Shown here: positions 1 to 10,967 of the stretch, piece after piece | Numbering within the stretch: position 1 is the stretch's first letter | Layout: each line of letters begins with the position of its first letter | Origin: Azolla caroliniana | Taxonomy: Eukaryota > Plantae > Polypodiophyta | Direction: 5' to 3' | DNA length: 64,000 nucleotides | Assembly (NCBI GenBank): GCA_043228905.1 | Contig: JBHGNT010000003.1 | Coordinates: 3,286,001 to 3,350,000, forward strand | The notes under the pieces: model-generated | Seen by the model: only the letters and a program-made list of their open reading frames with translations | Told to the model about the DNA's origin: nothing | Databases searched by the model: none | Translations under genes and position numbers: made by a program

Positions 1-129
1 TAGAGACTATACATATAAGAATATTAATACAATGGTTAAGGATTTGACATGTGTACAACAAGGTCGTGGGTTCAAATCCTTTCGAGTCATAATGTGAGTG
101 TCATGCATGATGTGACTGTTATCATGACA
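1..129 (-). repeat. 3' LTR (partial) of chromovirus B1
   Basis: Minus strand reads GAAGGGGGATAG (PPT) then TGTCATGATAAC; matches 3799-3939. Confidence 0.9.
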
Positions 130-3100
130 CTATCCCCCTTCTTCGACGACACGTCTCACGGGTCGTAGTGTTTGTATTAGGACTTGGTTTACAAGGATAT
201 TGGCGATGAAATGCATTGACGAATTCTGCAGCATTGGAAAGATTTGTGGCAGGTTCCCAAGTTCGATCATTGGGGGTATAGCCTAGCCAATCGACTAAGT
301 AATACAGCTTGTTGCGCACGATTTTAGAATCGAGAAGGGCAACAACTTCAAATTCAGGCCCGTCCAAGAACTCGACAGGTGGTGGGGGTGTCGTAAGACG
401 GCCCGGAATTGAACTTGTAGTATAAGGTTCTAAAAGGGATACATGAAACACCGGATGAAGATGCATGTGCGGAGGGAGGTCAAGACGAAATGCAACATCA
501 CTTATCTTACCAGTGATCATGTAAGGGCCAAAACGTTGGTAATCCAATTTACTGCAAGGTTGAGTGGTCTTGATGTTGTGTTGGAGAAGCCCTACATGAT
601 CCCCAATGCGGAACTTTTTTGAGGAGTCTAGACGATGACGATCGGCAAGCCTCTTGTGTGTAAATTGAGCATCGTGAAAATTGTGGAGAATGTTAGCTTG
701 AATTTCTTGGAGGCGACTAAGACGATCCTCGGCAGCAGGGTTGGTAGGAACTTCTGGATGCGCATTCATCGTCCACCGAGGATGACAGCCCGTATTTGCG
801 AAAAATGGGGAATATCCTGTAGAAGAATGGGCTGAGTTGTTGTAAGCGAATTCCGCCAAGTGCAAAAAAGCAACCCAATCATCTTGTTGATAGTTGATGA
901 AACAACGAAGATATTGTTCCAATGTCTGGTTGGTACGCTCTGTTTGGCCATTTGTTTCAGGATGATAGCCCGAAGAAAGCTTAACTGAAATGTGGAGAAG
1001 TTTGAACAGGTGCTTCCAAAACTTTGAGATGAATTGTGGACCACGATCACTAATAATATCATTCGACAGACCATGATGCTTAAATACCTCGCGCATAACG
1101 AGATCAGCCGTCTCTTGACTAGTAATCGACTTTGTACATGGCAAGAAATGTGCCATTTTGGTAAATCCATCAACCACTGTGAGAATTGCATCAAAAACTT
1201 TTGAAACTGGGAGATCAGTAATGAAGTCCAAGGAGATAGACTTCCAAGGTGTTTCCGGAATGGGAAGTGGTTGTAGTAAGCCATAGGGTCGGTGATGAGG
1301 ATTCTTTGATCGACAACATATATCACAACTCCGAACATACTCCTCAACAAAATGACGAAGGTGAGGCCACTAATAGCGTCGAGAAATTAATTCTAGAGTC
1401 TTGTGAACTCCAAAATGACCAGCCATTGGTGAGTCATGGCAATGTTGCAAAACTTGTAGCTGTGGGCGACCATCAGGAACATACAATAAATTTTTTCGAA
1501 ATAGAAAACCATCATGCCAATAGAACTGACAATAGTCATTACGAGGATTTTTCGACTGTGAGCAAGAAGCACGATCCGGGACGATATGATCCAAAACATC
1601 CTTGGCGAAATCATCAGTGGCCATATGATCTCAAATGGAATCAAGAAGAGTGGAATTTTCAAGAGTTGTTATGGCGTTAACTACCATTAATCGTAATCGA
1701 TTAGAACCCAAAAGGATTTGTTTTTGATGCTCAAATGCAGGTTCCCCTGGACGAAGTTCCATATAAGAGCGCCGAGAAAGAGCATCTGCTTTGCCTTGCT
1801 GCATCCCAGGGCGATATATGATGATAAAGTCGAAGTGAGTCAAAAATTGCGCCCATCGGGCTTGTCGCCGACTGAAGACTCGAGTATTTTGGAAATAAGT
1901 CAGGTTCTTATGATCATTGTAGACAATGATCTGCTGAGAAGAACCTTCTAGGAAATGTCGCCATTGTTGAAACGAATCCACGATTGCAAGAAGCTCTTTG
2001 TCATGGATCTCGTAGTTGATCTCTGCAGCTTCAAACTTTCGTGAATGAAAGGCGACAGGGTGTAGTTGTCCATCATCTCCAGTCTGCGAGAGGACACTCC
2101 CTAGTGCAAAATCGGATGCATCGGCTTCGAGGATGAAGCGTTTTGTTGGGTTGACATGTGCTAAGATAGGTGCTATTGTAAATGCTTGTTTTAAGCTTTT
2201 GAATGCCTCGGCTGCATCTGAACTCCATATAAATGGTTGATCTTTATGTGTGAGCTGAGTAAGCGGAAGCACAACCTTGGAATAATCTTTAATAAATTTT
2301 CGATAAAAATTTGCAAACCCGAGAAAACATTGCACATCACGCACTGAAAGGGGCGTTTGCCACTCTAAAATTGCTTGTACCTTCATGGGGTCCATAGCAA
2401 TACCATTTGACGATACAACATACCCCAAAAATTCCACTTGATTCTGGCCGAAACTACACTTTTCTAATTTTGCATAGAGACCATATTCTCGGAGTCGGTG
2501 CAGTACTTGACGAACATGTTCATCATGCTCCTCTTGGGTCTTTGAGTAGATTAAAATATCATCTAAGTAAACTATAGTGAAGATATCAAGAAAATCTCGA
2601 AAAATATCGTTCGCCATATGTTGGAAAATAGCAGGTGCATTCGTGAGACCAAATGGCATCACTGTATACTCAAAATGTCCATAGCGAGTGCGGAAAGCTA
2701 TCTTCCATTCATCCCCCGGGCGAATCCGAACTAGATTATATGCTCCGCGAAGGTCCAACTTCGTGAAATATTTTGCACCACTGAGACGTTCCAAAAGATT
2801 CGGGATTAATGGTAGAGCATATCTATTTCGGATAGTCACTTTGTTTAGCCCTCGATAATCCACGACCAACCGAAGAGTCCCATTCTTCTTCTTAACGAAG
2901 AAGATAGGTGCACCAGCAGGGGATCTAGAATGCCGAATGAATCCGTTTGCCAGATTCTCATCAATATATTCCCACAAAGTCTCTAGCTCTACAGGGGAGA
3001 GATTATAAATTGGGCCCCATGGAGGTTCTTTCCCTGGTTGTAAGTCAATAGGGTAGTCGTATGGCCGATGATCTAGCAATGTATTGGCCTTCACCTTATC

Positions 3101-3640
3101 AAAGACATCTGAAAACTCCTTGTATTTCTCTGGTAGTTTAATATCCGCTTCACGTGAAGTGGATGATGGAGTTGCTATTATTGCGAAGATGAACATGGCC
3201 TCGTTCCCCCCTTCCTCCCGCAACTGTCGTAAAGAGATGGGCGATAACTCCGGGGATCTATTAGCACATGTAGGAGAGAGGGATGCGGGATTTGTGCTTT
3301 TTTCCTGGGTCTCCTCAATTGTTCTTTTCATCCAATCAATCTTCGGGTTATGGAGTTCAAACCAGGGGAGACCTAGAACTATTGGGTGGTCCGGACTACG
3401 AATAATATTGAAAGAGATTATGCTTGCCAAATTGCCAAGAACTATCCTAATTGGCTCGGACTCCTCGACTATATCTCCTGATGCTATGTCCCGTCCATCA
3501 ATGACTCCTACGGCTACTGGGCTAGGAAGCTTATTCAAGAGGATGTTTTGTGACAAGGCAAATTCACGATCCATGAAACAAGAGTTGGCTCCAGAATCTA
3601 GAAGGGTAGAGGCTAGTACTCGATGACATGTAGATGACAC
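122..3640 (-). pseudogene. pol: Disrupted gypsy pol (PR-RT-RH-IN-chromodomain)
   Basis: ORFs 1631-3640, 1370-1624 and 122-1231 are collinear with the pol at 6821-10426; C-terminal FEVVALLDSK...YYLVDWLGY...TWEP chromodomain. Confidence 0.92.
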
Positions 3641-3939
3641 TCTAGAATATTCTAGGTTATCCTAGAATGTAGAGTAATCTAGAAGATCTCTAGAGTATTC
3701 TAGAAGGTTCTAGTGGTATAGAACACTCTAGATTATTCTAGGTCATTCTAGAATGTAGAGTAATATAGAATATTCCAATGATATTAGATTTCATATTCTA
3801 GAGACTATACATATAAGAATATTAATACAATGGTTAAGGATTTGACATGTGTACAACAAGGTCATGGGTTCAAATCCTTTCGAGTCATAATGTAAGTGTC
3901 ATGATCCTTTCGATGCATGATGTGACTGTTATCATGATA
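3641..3939 (-). repeat. U3-only remnant of the B1 5' LTR, fused to the protease
   Basis: Homologous to 1-129; many TCTAGAA/TTCTAG units; terminal TG mutated to TA. Confidence 0.8.
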
Positions 3940-3940
3940 G

Positions 3941-4632
3941 GATGATGAAGGCTACAGGGGTAGAGCATCTGGAACGGAGTCATGAAGTTTAGCAAAGGGA
4001 GCTTGATAGTGGCTCAAGACCGGAAGATCAACACACTGTATCTTATGCATGTCTGGTATGCTGGGAAGAAGTGAACGTGGCTTCCGACACTACTGGTGAG
4101 CTATGGCAAAAGAGGTTGTGTCACATGAGTCAGAAGGGAACGCGGAAACTTTCCGAGGACAACCTCATTCCGGAGGGGAAAGATATGCAGCTTGAGAAGT
4201 GCACTGACTGCCTGGCCGGCAAGCAGAACCAAACTTCTTTCTGGACAAAACCACCGATGAGGCGAAATGCACCCCTAGAACTTGTGCACCGAAGTGTGCC
4301 AAGTGGACACGAAGTCACATGCCGGATCATAGTACTTCGTGACATTCATAGATGACCACAACTAGAAGCTTTGGGCCTCACCATTGAAGACGAAGGATCA
4401 GGTGTTATCCATCTTCGAGGAGTTCCACGCGAGAGTGGAAAGAGAAATTGGCCAAAAGCTAAAGGAAATTCGAGCAGACAACGGAGGTGAATACCGGGGG
4501 CAGTTCAAGGAGTACTATTGATCGAAGGGATTCCAGCTCGAGTTCACTGTGCCGAAGACATCAGAGCTAAATGAACCGGACCATCATGGAGAGAGTCTGA
4601 AGCATGCTGGCACATGCAGAGCTACCCAAGAT
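3941..4632 (+). pseudogene. Degenerate Ty1/copia (Tnt1-like) pre-integrase/integrase fragment
   Basis: ELWQKRLCHMS...CTDCLAGKQ is homologous to the polyproteins at 13646-17554 and 52525-56598; frameshifts and stops. Confidence 0.88.
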
Positions 4633-5029
4633 TGTTGAGAGACAAGCTCAACATTGGGTGCGTAACCCAGTACGTAGATTGGGTGCATAAAACCGTACGC
4701 AAAATATGGCCGTAGCGGTGTTTAAACCGAGAGGCCGTTAGAACCTTATTCCTCATAAGGAATAGTTTTGGGAGTCAGTGTAGAAGGCTCATTTATGAGT
4801 GGTCAAGTACTGTCACTACTTGTGTCAGCCGTATAAAAGGTGCTCACTGAGCACGAAATATGTACAGAGAACATACAAAGAATTATTTTGAATTTAGTTC
4901 TATATTTTTTGCTCACTCTGTCTCTCCCTCACCTTCTCTGTGATTTCTATGTTTTACCGAACTGTCATACTTCCGAACCGTGTACTCTGTGTTCTTACGT
5001 ATACGCTTCCGCACACGTATTCTTTTACA
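4633..5029 (+). repeat. 5' LTR of copia E
   Basis: TGTTGAG...TTTTACA; homologous (inverted) to 40232-40583. Confidence 0.85.
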
Positions 5030-5084
5030 TGGTGTCATGAAGACATACATCTTGGCTTATCATGACATTCATCTTGGCGAACCA

Positions 5085-5138
5085 GGAATCGAACCCATAA
5101 CCTCTTGGTTTACATATTGTACTTTAACCATTGTAATA
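5085..5138 (-). promoter_or_regulatory. tRNA-like Pol III internal promoter module (A box + B box), antisense in U3
   Basis: Minus strand TATTACAATGG...GGTTCGATTCC at tRNA spacing; counterparts at 25-79, 3823-3877, 10471-10524 and 45581-45635. Confidence 0.6.
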
Positions 5139-5192
5139 ACATATGTGAGATGTAATCATAATAATTATATGTTTAGTTATTACGAGATATTT

Positions 5193-5299
5193 AGAACATT
5201 CTAGATTATTCTAGAATGTTCTTGAATATTTCATGATTATATTTATTATTATTATTATTCATAAATATCTAAAATATTCTAGAACATTCTAGAATACTC
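5193..5299 (+). promoter_or_regulatory. Heat-shock-element arrays upstream of the LTR TATA box
   Basis: In-phase alternating GAA/TTC pentamers at 5194-5231 and 5277-5294. Confidence 0.7.
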
Positions 5300-5581
5300 C
5301 ATAAGGGCCTATAAATAAGAGTCCATACACTCATTACAACTCATTTGGTTCAACACCAGTCTTTAGCCCTTAGCCTACTCCTTGTAATCTTCTTTCTCAT
5401 AATATAATCGCATTCCCATTTCTTATATCTCACTTATACTTTTCTCTCTCTCGCACTCTCTCCCTCTTTCACTCTCTTTCTATCACTATCGCTATCTCTA
5501 CCGCTCTCGCCATCTCTATCGTTATCGTTATCTCTATCGCCATCGCTCTCTCTCTCTGCTTCCTACTCAAGAGTCACGACA

Positions 5582-5594
5582 GTTTGAACCGAAT
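5582..5594 (+). other. Self-priming-type PBS (not a tRNA 3' complement)
   Basis: GTTTGAACCGAAT lacks TGG and pairs over 11 nt with 5343-5353, the predicted transcript start. Confidence 0.75.
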
Positions 5595-5666
5595 ATTTCT
5601 TTTCCCTTTCTCCAATAACTCTAGCAAGCTTTCTTCTTTATCCTTCTTTCTTTTTCCCCCGCGGTT

Positions 5667-6794
5667 ATGGAGTCGGTCAGCAAGCAAGAGTATATGCGTG
5701 TCCTTTCGGAGCTCGATATGCTCACCACTAAGTTTGTGGCATTAGAGCAAGAAAATCAAAGGCTACTCGGGGATCTTCAACAAGTCAGTACTGAGAAAGC
5801 TCATCAATATGAGGAGTTATCACAACGGGTTCATCAACTTGAGGCTACTATATTAACATTACGAGAACAAGCGGCGGGGGTTCAAAACTCCCCAAGGGAA
5901 CCAAAGATTAGCCTCCCTGCCAAGTTTGATGGTACAAAATCTCTCTTTCGAGGTTTCCTGAATCAAGTTCGTTTGGTGATTCAGTTACATCCCAATCGGT
6001 ATCCAACTGATGCTGCCCGTGTGGGATTAATAGGAACCTTGCTAAGCGGTACAGCGTTAGCATGGTTTGCACCACTTCTTGAGAAGAAATCACCATTACT
6101 GGAGGATTTCGAGGCATTCGTTAAGGAGTTTCAAGCTAGTTTTGGAGATACGGATAGCACTAGGACTGCAATAAACAAGATTCGAAGACTCCGACAAGGA
6201 GATCGTCCCGCTTCAGCTTATGCCGCAGATTTCCGTCTCTTGGCATGCGACATCCCTTGGGATGAGGCAGCCTTAATGGATCAATTCCGTCAGGGTTTGC
6301 GTAACGATGTCAAAGATCTTCTTCTTACTTTCCATGAAGATCCAAAGTCTCTTACTGAAGCTATTAGCCGAGCTGTGCGATGTGATAATCGCCTATTTGA
6401 GCGACGTTCTGAACGTCAACAAATGTTACGCCGCCAACCGGAACAGACATACGCTTCTATAGTCGCCACACCGCCACAAGGTTCTAGACCCGTTACGAGG
6501 GATGGTCCCACTCCGATGGAAATAGAGTCGACACAACGTCGAGGGCCCTTATCAGATGCTGAGAAACAACGACGTCGGGCGCATCGCCTATGCCTCTACT
6601 GTGGTGGTCTAGGACATATAGCTGTGAATTGTCCACATAAACCCAGGCGTCAAGTTTACCAAGTAAGTGCACATGACAACCCTACATCAAGTTCTACTAT
6701 CACTTCTAATAACTTAAGTACTAAGCCTACTAGCCCATGCCATGAGAATAGATTTGATGTCTTGAGCCAATTAGAGGATGTGTTAAACGAATAA
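5667..6794 (+). CDS. gag: Gag (coiled coil, capsid, CCHC zinc knuckle)
   Basis: 375-aa intact ORF; LPAKFDG, LRQG...YAADF and CLYCGGLGHIAVNC motifs. Confidence 0.93.
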   Translation: MESVSKQEYMRVLSELDMLTTKFVALEQENQRLLGDLQQVSTEKAHQYEELSQRVHQLEATILTLREQAAGVQNSPREPKISLPAKFDGTKSLFRGFLNQVRLVIQLHPNRYPTDAARVGLIGTLLSGTALAWFAPLLEKKSPLLEDFEAFVKEFQASFGDTDSTRTAINKIRRLRQGDRPASAYAADFRLLACDIPWDEAALMDQFRQGLRNDVKDLLLTFHEDPKSLTEAISRAVRCDNRLFERRSERQQMLRRQPEQTYASIVATPPQGSRPVTRDGPTPMEIESTQRRGPLSDAEKQRRRAHRLCLYCGGLGHIAVNCPHKPRRQVYQVSAHDNPTSSSTITSNNLSTKPTSPCHENRFDVLSQLEDVLNE

Positions 6795-9700
6795 GTCCGG
6801 CCAAAATAGGAGCCATTTGGTTGGACCATCCTAGTTATGTAGAGTCAGTACCTAGTTGTGGTTCCATTTCATCAAATCAAGTTAGTAGAGTTTTTTCTGC
6901 ACAAGTCGAGCTTAGCACATCTACAGGTCATCGCGCCCTAGCCTCTGCCCTCCTAGATTCCGGAGCCAATTCTTGTTTCATGGATCGCGAGTTTGCATTG
7001 ACTCAAAACATCATCTTGAAAAAACTCCCAAACCCAGTAGCTGTAGGAGTCATCGATGGTCGCCCTATAGCATCAGGAGATATAGTCGAAGAGTCTGAAC
7101 CAATTCGTGTAGTCCTAGGTAATTTGGCTAGTGTCATCTCATTTAACATCATTAGTAGTCCGGAGCACTCTCTAGTTCTTGGTCTTCCTTGGTTTGAGTT
7201 ACATAACCCAACCATTGATTGGAGAAAAAGAACTATTGAAGAGGTCACCGTACAATCCAAGTCTCTTGAAGCTCCAACTAAGGATCTAGGATCCCCCACA
7301 ATTTCAACAATCTCTATACATCAATTACGAGAGTATGGAAGAAAGGAAGACATGATGGTATTTGCGGTTTTAGCAACTCCCTCATCTAGCTCACAAGAAT
7401 TGGGGGTCCAACTACCAAAGAAGTACATAGAATTCTCCGATGTGTTCGATAAGGTGAAGGCTAATAGACTACCAGAGCATCGACCATATGATTGCCCAAT
7501 TGATTTGCAGCCAGGAAAAGAGCCTCCATGGGGACCAATTTATAATCTTTCGCCCACGGAGTTAGAGGTTCTTCGAGAATATATCAATGAGAACTTGGCA
7601 AATGGTTTTATCCAACATTCAAAATCTCCTGCTGGTGCACCCATCTTTTTCGTTAAGAAGAAAGATGGTACGCTTCGTATGGTCGTGGATTATCGAGGCT
7701 TGAATAAAGTGACCGTTAGAAACCGATATGCTCTCCCATTGATCTCAAGCCTTCTAGAACGCCTCAGTGAAGCAAAGTATTTCACGAAGTTAGATCTTCG
7801 AGGTGCCTACAACCTTGTTCGAATTCGTCCTGGGGATGAATGGAAGACGGTGTTCCGCACTCGCTATGGTCATTTTGAGTACACAGTGATGCCTTTTGGC
7901 CTCACGAATGCACCAGCAGTCTTCCAACATATGGCGAATGATATTTTTCGAGACATCCTCGATATCTTCATCATTGTTTACCTGGATGATATCTTGATCT
8001 ACTCAAAAACTCAAGAAGAACATGATATACATGTTTGCCAAGTTTTGCAACGGCTACGAGAGTATGGTCTCTATGCAAAATTGGAGAAGTGTAGTTTCGA
8101 CCAACGTCAAGTGGAGTTTTTGGGGTACATAGTCTCTTCAAATGGCATCTCTATGGATCCATCAAAGGTTCAAACAATTTTGGATTGGCAAACACCACAG
8201 TTCGTGCGAGATGTGCAATGTTTTTTGGGGTTCGCAAACTTTTATCGCAAGTTCATCAAAGACTATTCAAAAATTGTGTTGCCCCTCACTCAACTGACGC
8301 ACAAGAATCGATCATTTGTATGGAGTATAGATGCGAACTCTGCATTTGAGGGTTTAAAGCAAGCATTTACATCCGCACCAATCTTAATCCATGTCGATCC
8401 AATGAGGCGCTTTATACTTGAAGCTGATGCATCGGATTTCGCACTCGGAAGTGTACTATCCCAAATTGGTGATGATGGTGAACTGCTCCCGGTGGCTTTT
8501 CACTCACGAAAATTTGAAGCCGCAGAAATCAACTATGAGATTCACGACAAAGAGCTTCTTGCCATTGTGGATTCTTTTCAACAATGGCGTCATTTTCTGG
8601 AGGGTTCTTCTCAGCAGATTATTGTCTACAATGATCATAAAAATCTAACATACTTTCAAAGTGCTCGAGTCTTGAATCGACGACAAGCTCGTTGGGCGTA
8701 GTTCTTAACTCGTTTCGATTTTGTAATTCTATATCGCCCTGGGATGCAACAAGGAAAAGCAGATGCTTTATCTAGACGTTCGTATATGGAACTTCAACCT
8801 GGAGAGGCCGCATTTGAAAGCCAAAAGCAAATCCTCTTAGGTCCTGATCGTCTACGAATAATGGCAATGCATACCATCAACACACTGGGAGATTCAAGGC
8901 TTCTTGATTCCATTCGTGAGCAGATTGCGACTGATGCGTTCGCCCAAGAGGTTTTGAGCCATATTATCCCAAATCGTGCATCTAGCTCCCAAACTCAAAA
9001 TCCTCGTCTAGACTACACCCAGTTTAGTTGGCATGATGGGTTACTTTTTCGACAAACTCTCTTGTATGTGCCTGACGGTCCTTCTCGACTCAAAGTCATG
9101 CAACAATGTCATGACACACCAATGGCGGGACACTTCGGCATCCACAAGACTTTTGAGTTGATTTCTCGCCGATATTGGTGGCCACGGCTTCGCCATTTTG
9201 TTACGGATTATGTTCGTAGCTGTGATACATGTTGCCGATCAAAAAAGCCTCGACATCATCCATATGGCTTATTACAGCCAATGCCTATTCCGGAGAGCCC
9301 ATGGAAATCTATTTCCTTGGACTTTATTACGGATCTTCCACCTTCCAAGGGATTTGATTCGATTCTCACTGTTGTCGATCGTTTTACGAAGATGGCACAT
9401 TTCCTTCCATGCACAAAGACCATTACTAGTAAAGAGACAGCTGATTTACTCATGCGGGAGGTGTTTCGCCATCATGGTCTTCCGGATGATATTATCAGTG
9501 ATCGGGGTCCCCAATTCATCTCGAAATTTTGGCGGCACATGTTCAGACTCTTACATACTTCTTGTAAACTCTCTTCCGGCTACCATCCAGAGACTAATGG
9601 GCAGAGTGAGCGCACCAACCAAACAGTCGAGCAATATCTACGTTGTTTTGTCAACTATCAACAAGATGATTGGGTGGATTTACTACCTTTGGCAGAATTT

Positions 9701-10426
9701 GCTTATAACAACTCCGAGCATTCTTCTACTGGATATTCCCCATTTTTTGCAAACATTGGGTACCATCCTCGTTGGACGATGCTTGAACATCCTGAACTCC
9801 CAAAAAACCCAGCTGCTGAAGATCGGCTCACTCGACTCCAAGAAGTTCAGGATATGCTTTTGCATCATTTATGTGAAGCCCAAAACACTCAAAAGAAGAT
9901 TGCTGACCGTCATCGGCGTGATTCATCGACTACATTTCAAGTAGGCGATCGTGTATGGCTCTTACAAGGTAGCATTAAAACGACCCGACCTTGCTACAAA
10001 TTGGATTATCAACGTTTTGGCCCATATGTCATAAGTGGTAAGATCAATGATGTGACATTTCGTCTTGATCTTCCTCCTCATATGCGTCTTCACCCGGTCT
10101 GCCATGTTTCACTTTTGGAGCCTTACACAACGAGCTCTATTCCGGGTCGTGTTACACCTCCCCCACCTCCAATTGACGTTTCCAATGGCTCTGAATATGA
10201 GGTTGCCGCTATCCTCGACTCCAAGATCATTCGCAACAAACTATACTACTTGGTTGATTGGTTAGGCTATACACCTAATGATCGAACATGGGAGCCTGCC
10301 GAACATCTTGCCAATGCCTCCGACATGGTTGTTGCATTTCACAACCAATATCCTCATAAACCAAGTCTGAACTCTTTTCTTCCGACTCGTGCAACTCGTC
10401 ATCGAAAAGGGGGGATAATGTCATGA
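6782..10426 (+). pseudogene. pol: Pol (PR-RT-RH-IN-chromodomain) in the -1 frame, with one nonsense codon at 8699-8701
   Basis: ORFs 6821-8701 and 8744-10426 share a frame; TAG replaces the Gln seen in sister copies (RWAQFLT). Confidence 0.93.
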
Positions 10427-10967
10427 AGACATACATCTTGGCTTATCATGACATTCATCTTGGCGAACCAGGAATCGAACCCATAACCTCTTGGTTTACA
10501 TATTGTACTTTAACCATTGTAATAACATATGTGAGATGTAATCATAATAATTATATGTTTAGTTATTACGAGATATTTAGAACATTCTAGATTATTCTAG
10601 AATGTTCTTGAATATTTCATGATTATATTTATTATTATTATTATTCATAAATATCTAAAATATTCTAGAACATTCTAGAATACTCCATAAGGGCCTATAA
10701 ATAAGAGTCCATACACTCATTACAACTCATTTGGTTCAACACCAGTCTTTAGCCCTTAGCCTACTCCTTGTAATCTTCTTTCTCATAATATAATCGCATT
10801 CCCATTTCTTATCTCTCACTTATACTTTTCTCTCTCTCGCACTCTCTCCCTCTTTCACTCTCTTTCTATCACTATCGCTATCTCTACCGCTCTCGCCATC
10901 TCTATCGTTATCGTTATCTCTATCGCCATCGCTCTCTCTCTCTGCTTCCTACTCAAGAGTCACGACA
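10419..10967 (+). repeat. 3' LTR of chromovirus A
   Basis: Follows PPT AAAAGGGGGGATAA; matches the 5' LTR. Confidence 0.97.

Larger units (their letters stand above)
1..3939 (-). mobile_element. Ty3/gypsy chromovirus (Tcn1-like), defective copy B1; gag, PBS and R-U5 of the 5' LTR deleted; 3' LTR runs off the window
   Basis: PR(LLDSGAN)-RT(YLDD)-RNase H-integrase-chromodomain order on the minus strand; PPT at 130-141; LTR sequence at 1-129 repeated at ~3799-3939. Confidence 0.92.
5033..5581 (+). repeat. 5' LTR of chromovirus A
   Basis: TGTCATGA...CACGACA; near-identical to 10419-10967; TATAAATA at 5310-5317. Confidence 0.97.
5033..10967 (+). mobile_element. Full-length chromovirus A (Tcn1-like), recent insertion
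   Basis: Two 549-bp LTRs with one difference seen; TSD CATGG at 5028-5032 and 10968-10972; PPT before 10419; gag plus pol with chromodomain. Confidence 0.97.

Noticed and set aside
5075-5142. Functional tRNA gene with encoded CCA
   Set aside because: No acceptor stem, a poor anticodon arm, and the CCA is too close to the T-arm; kept only as a tRNA-like promoter module
8699-8701. Programmed stop-codon readthrough in pol
   Set aside because: Sister copies B1 and B2 have Gln here; a simple C-to-T mutation explains it
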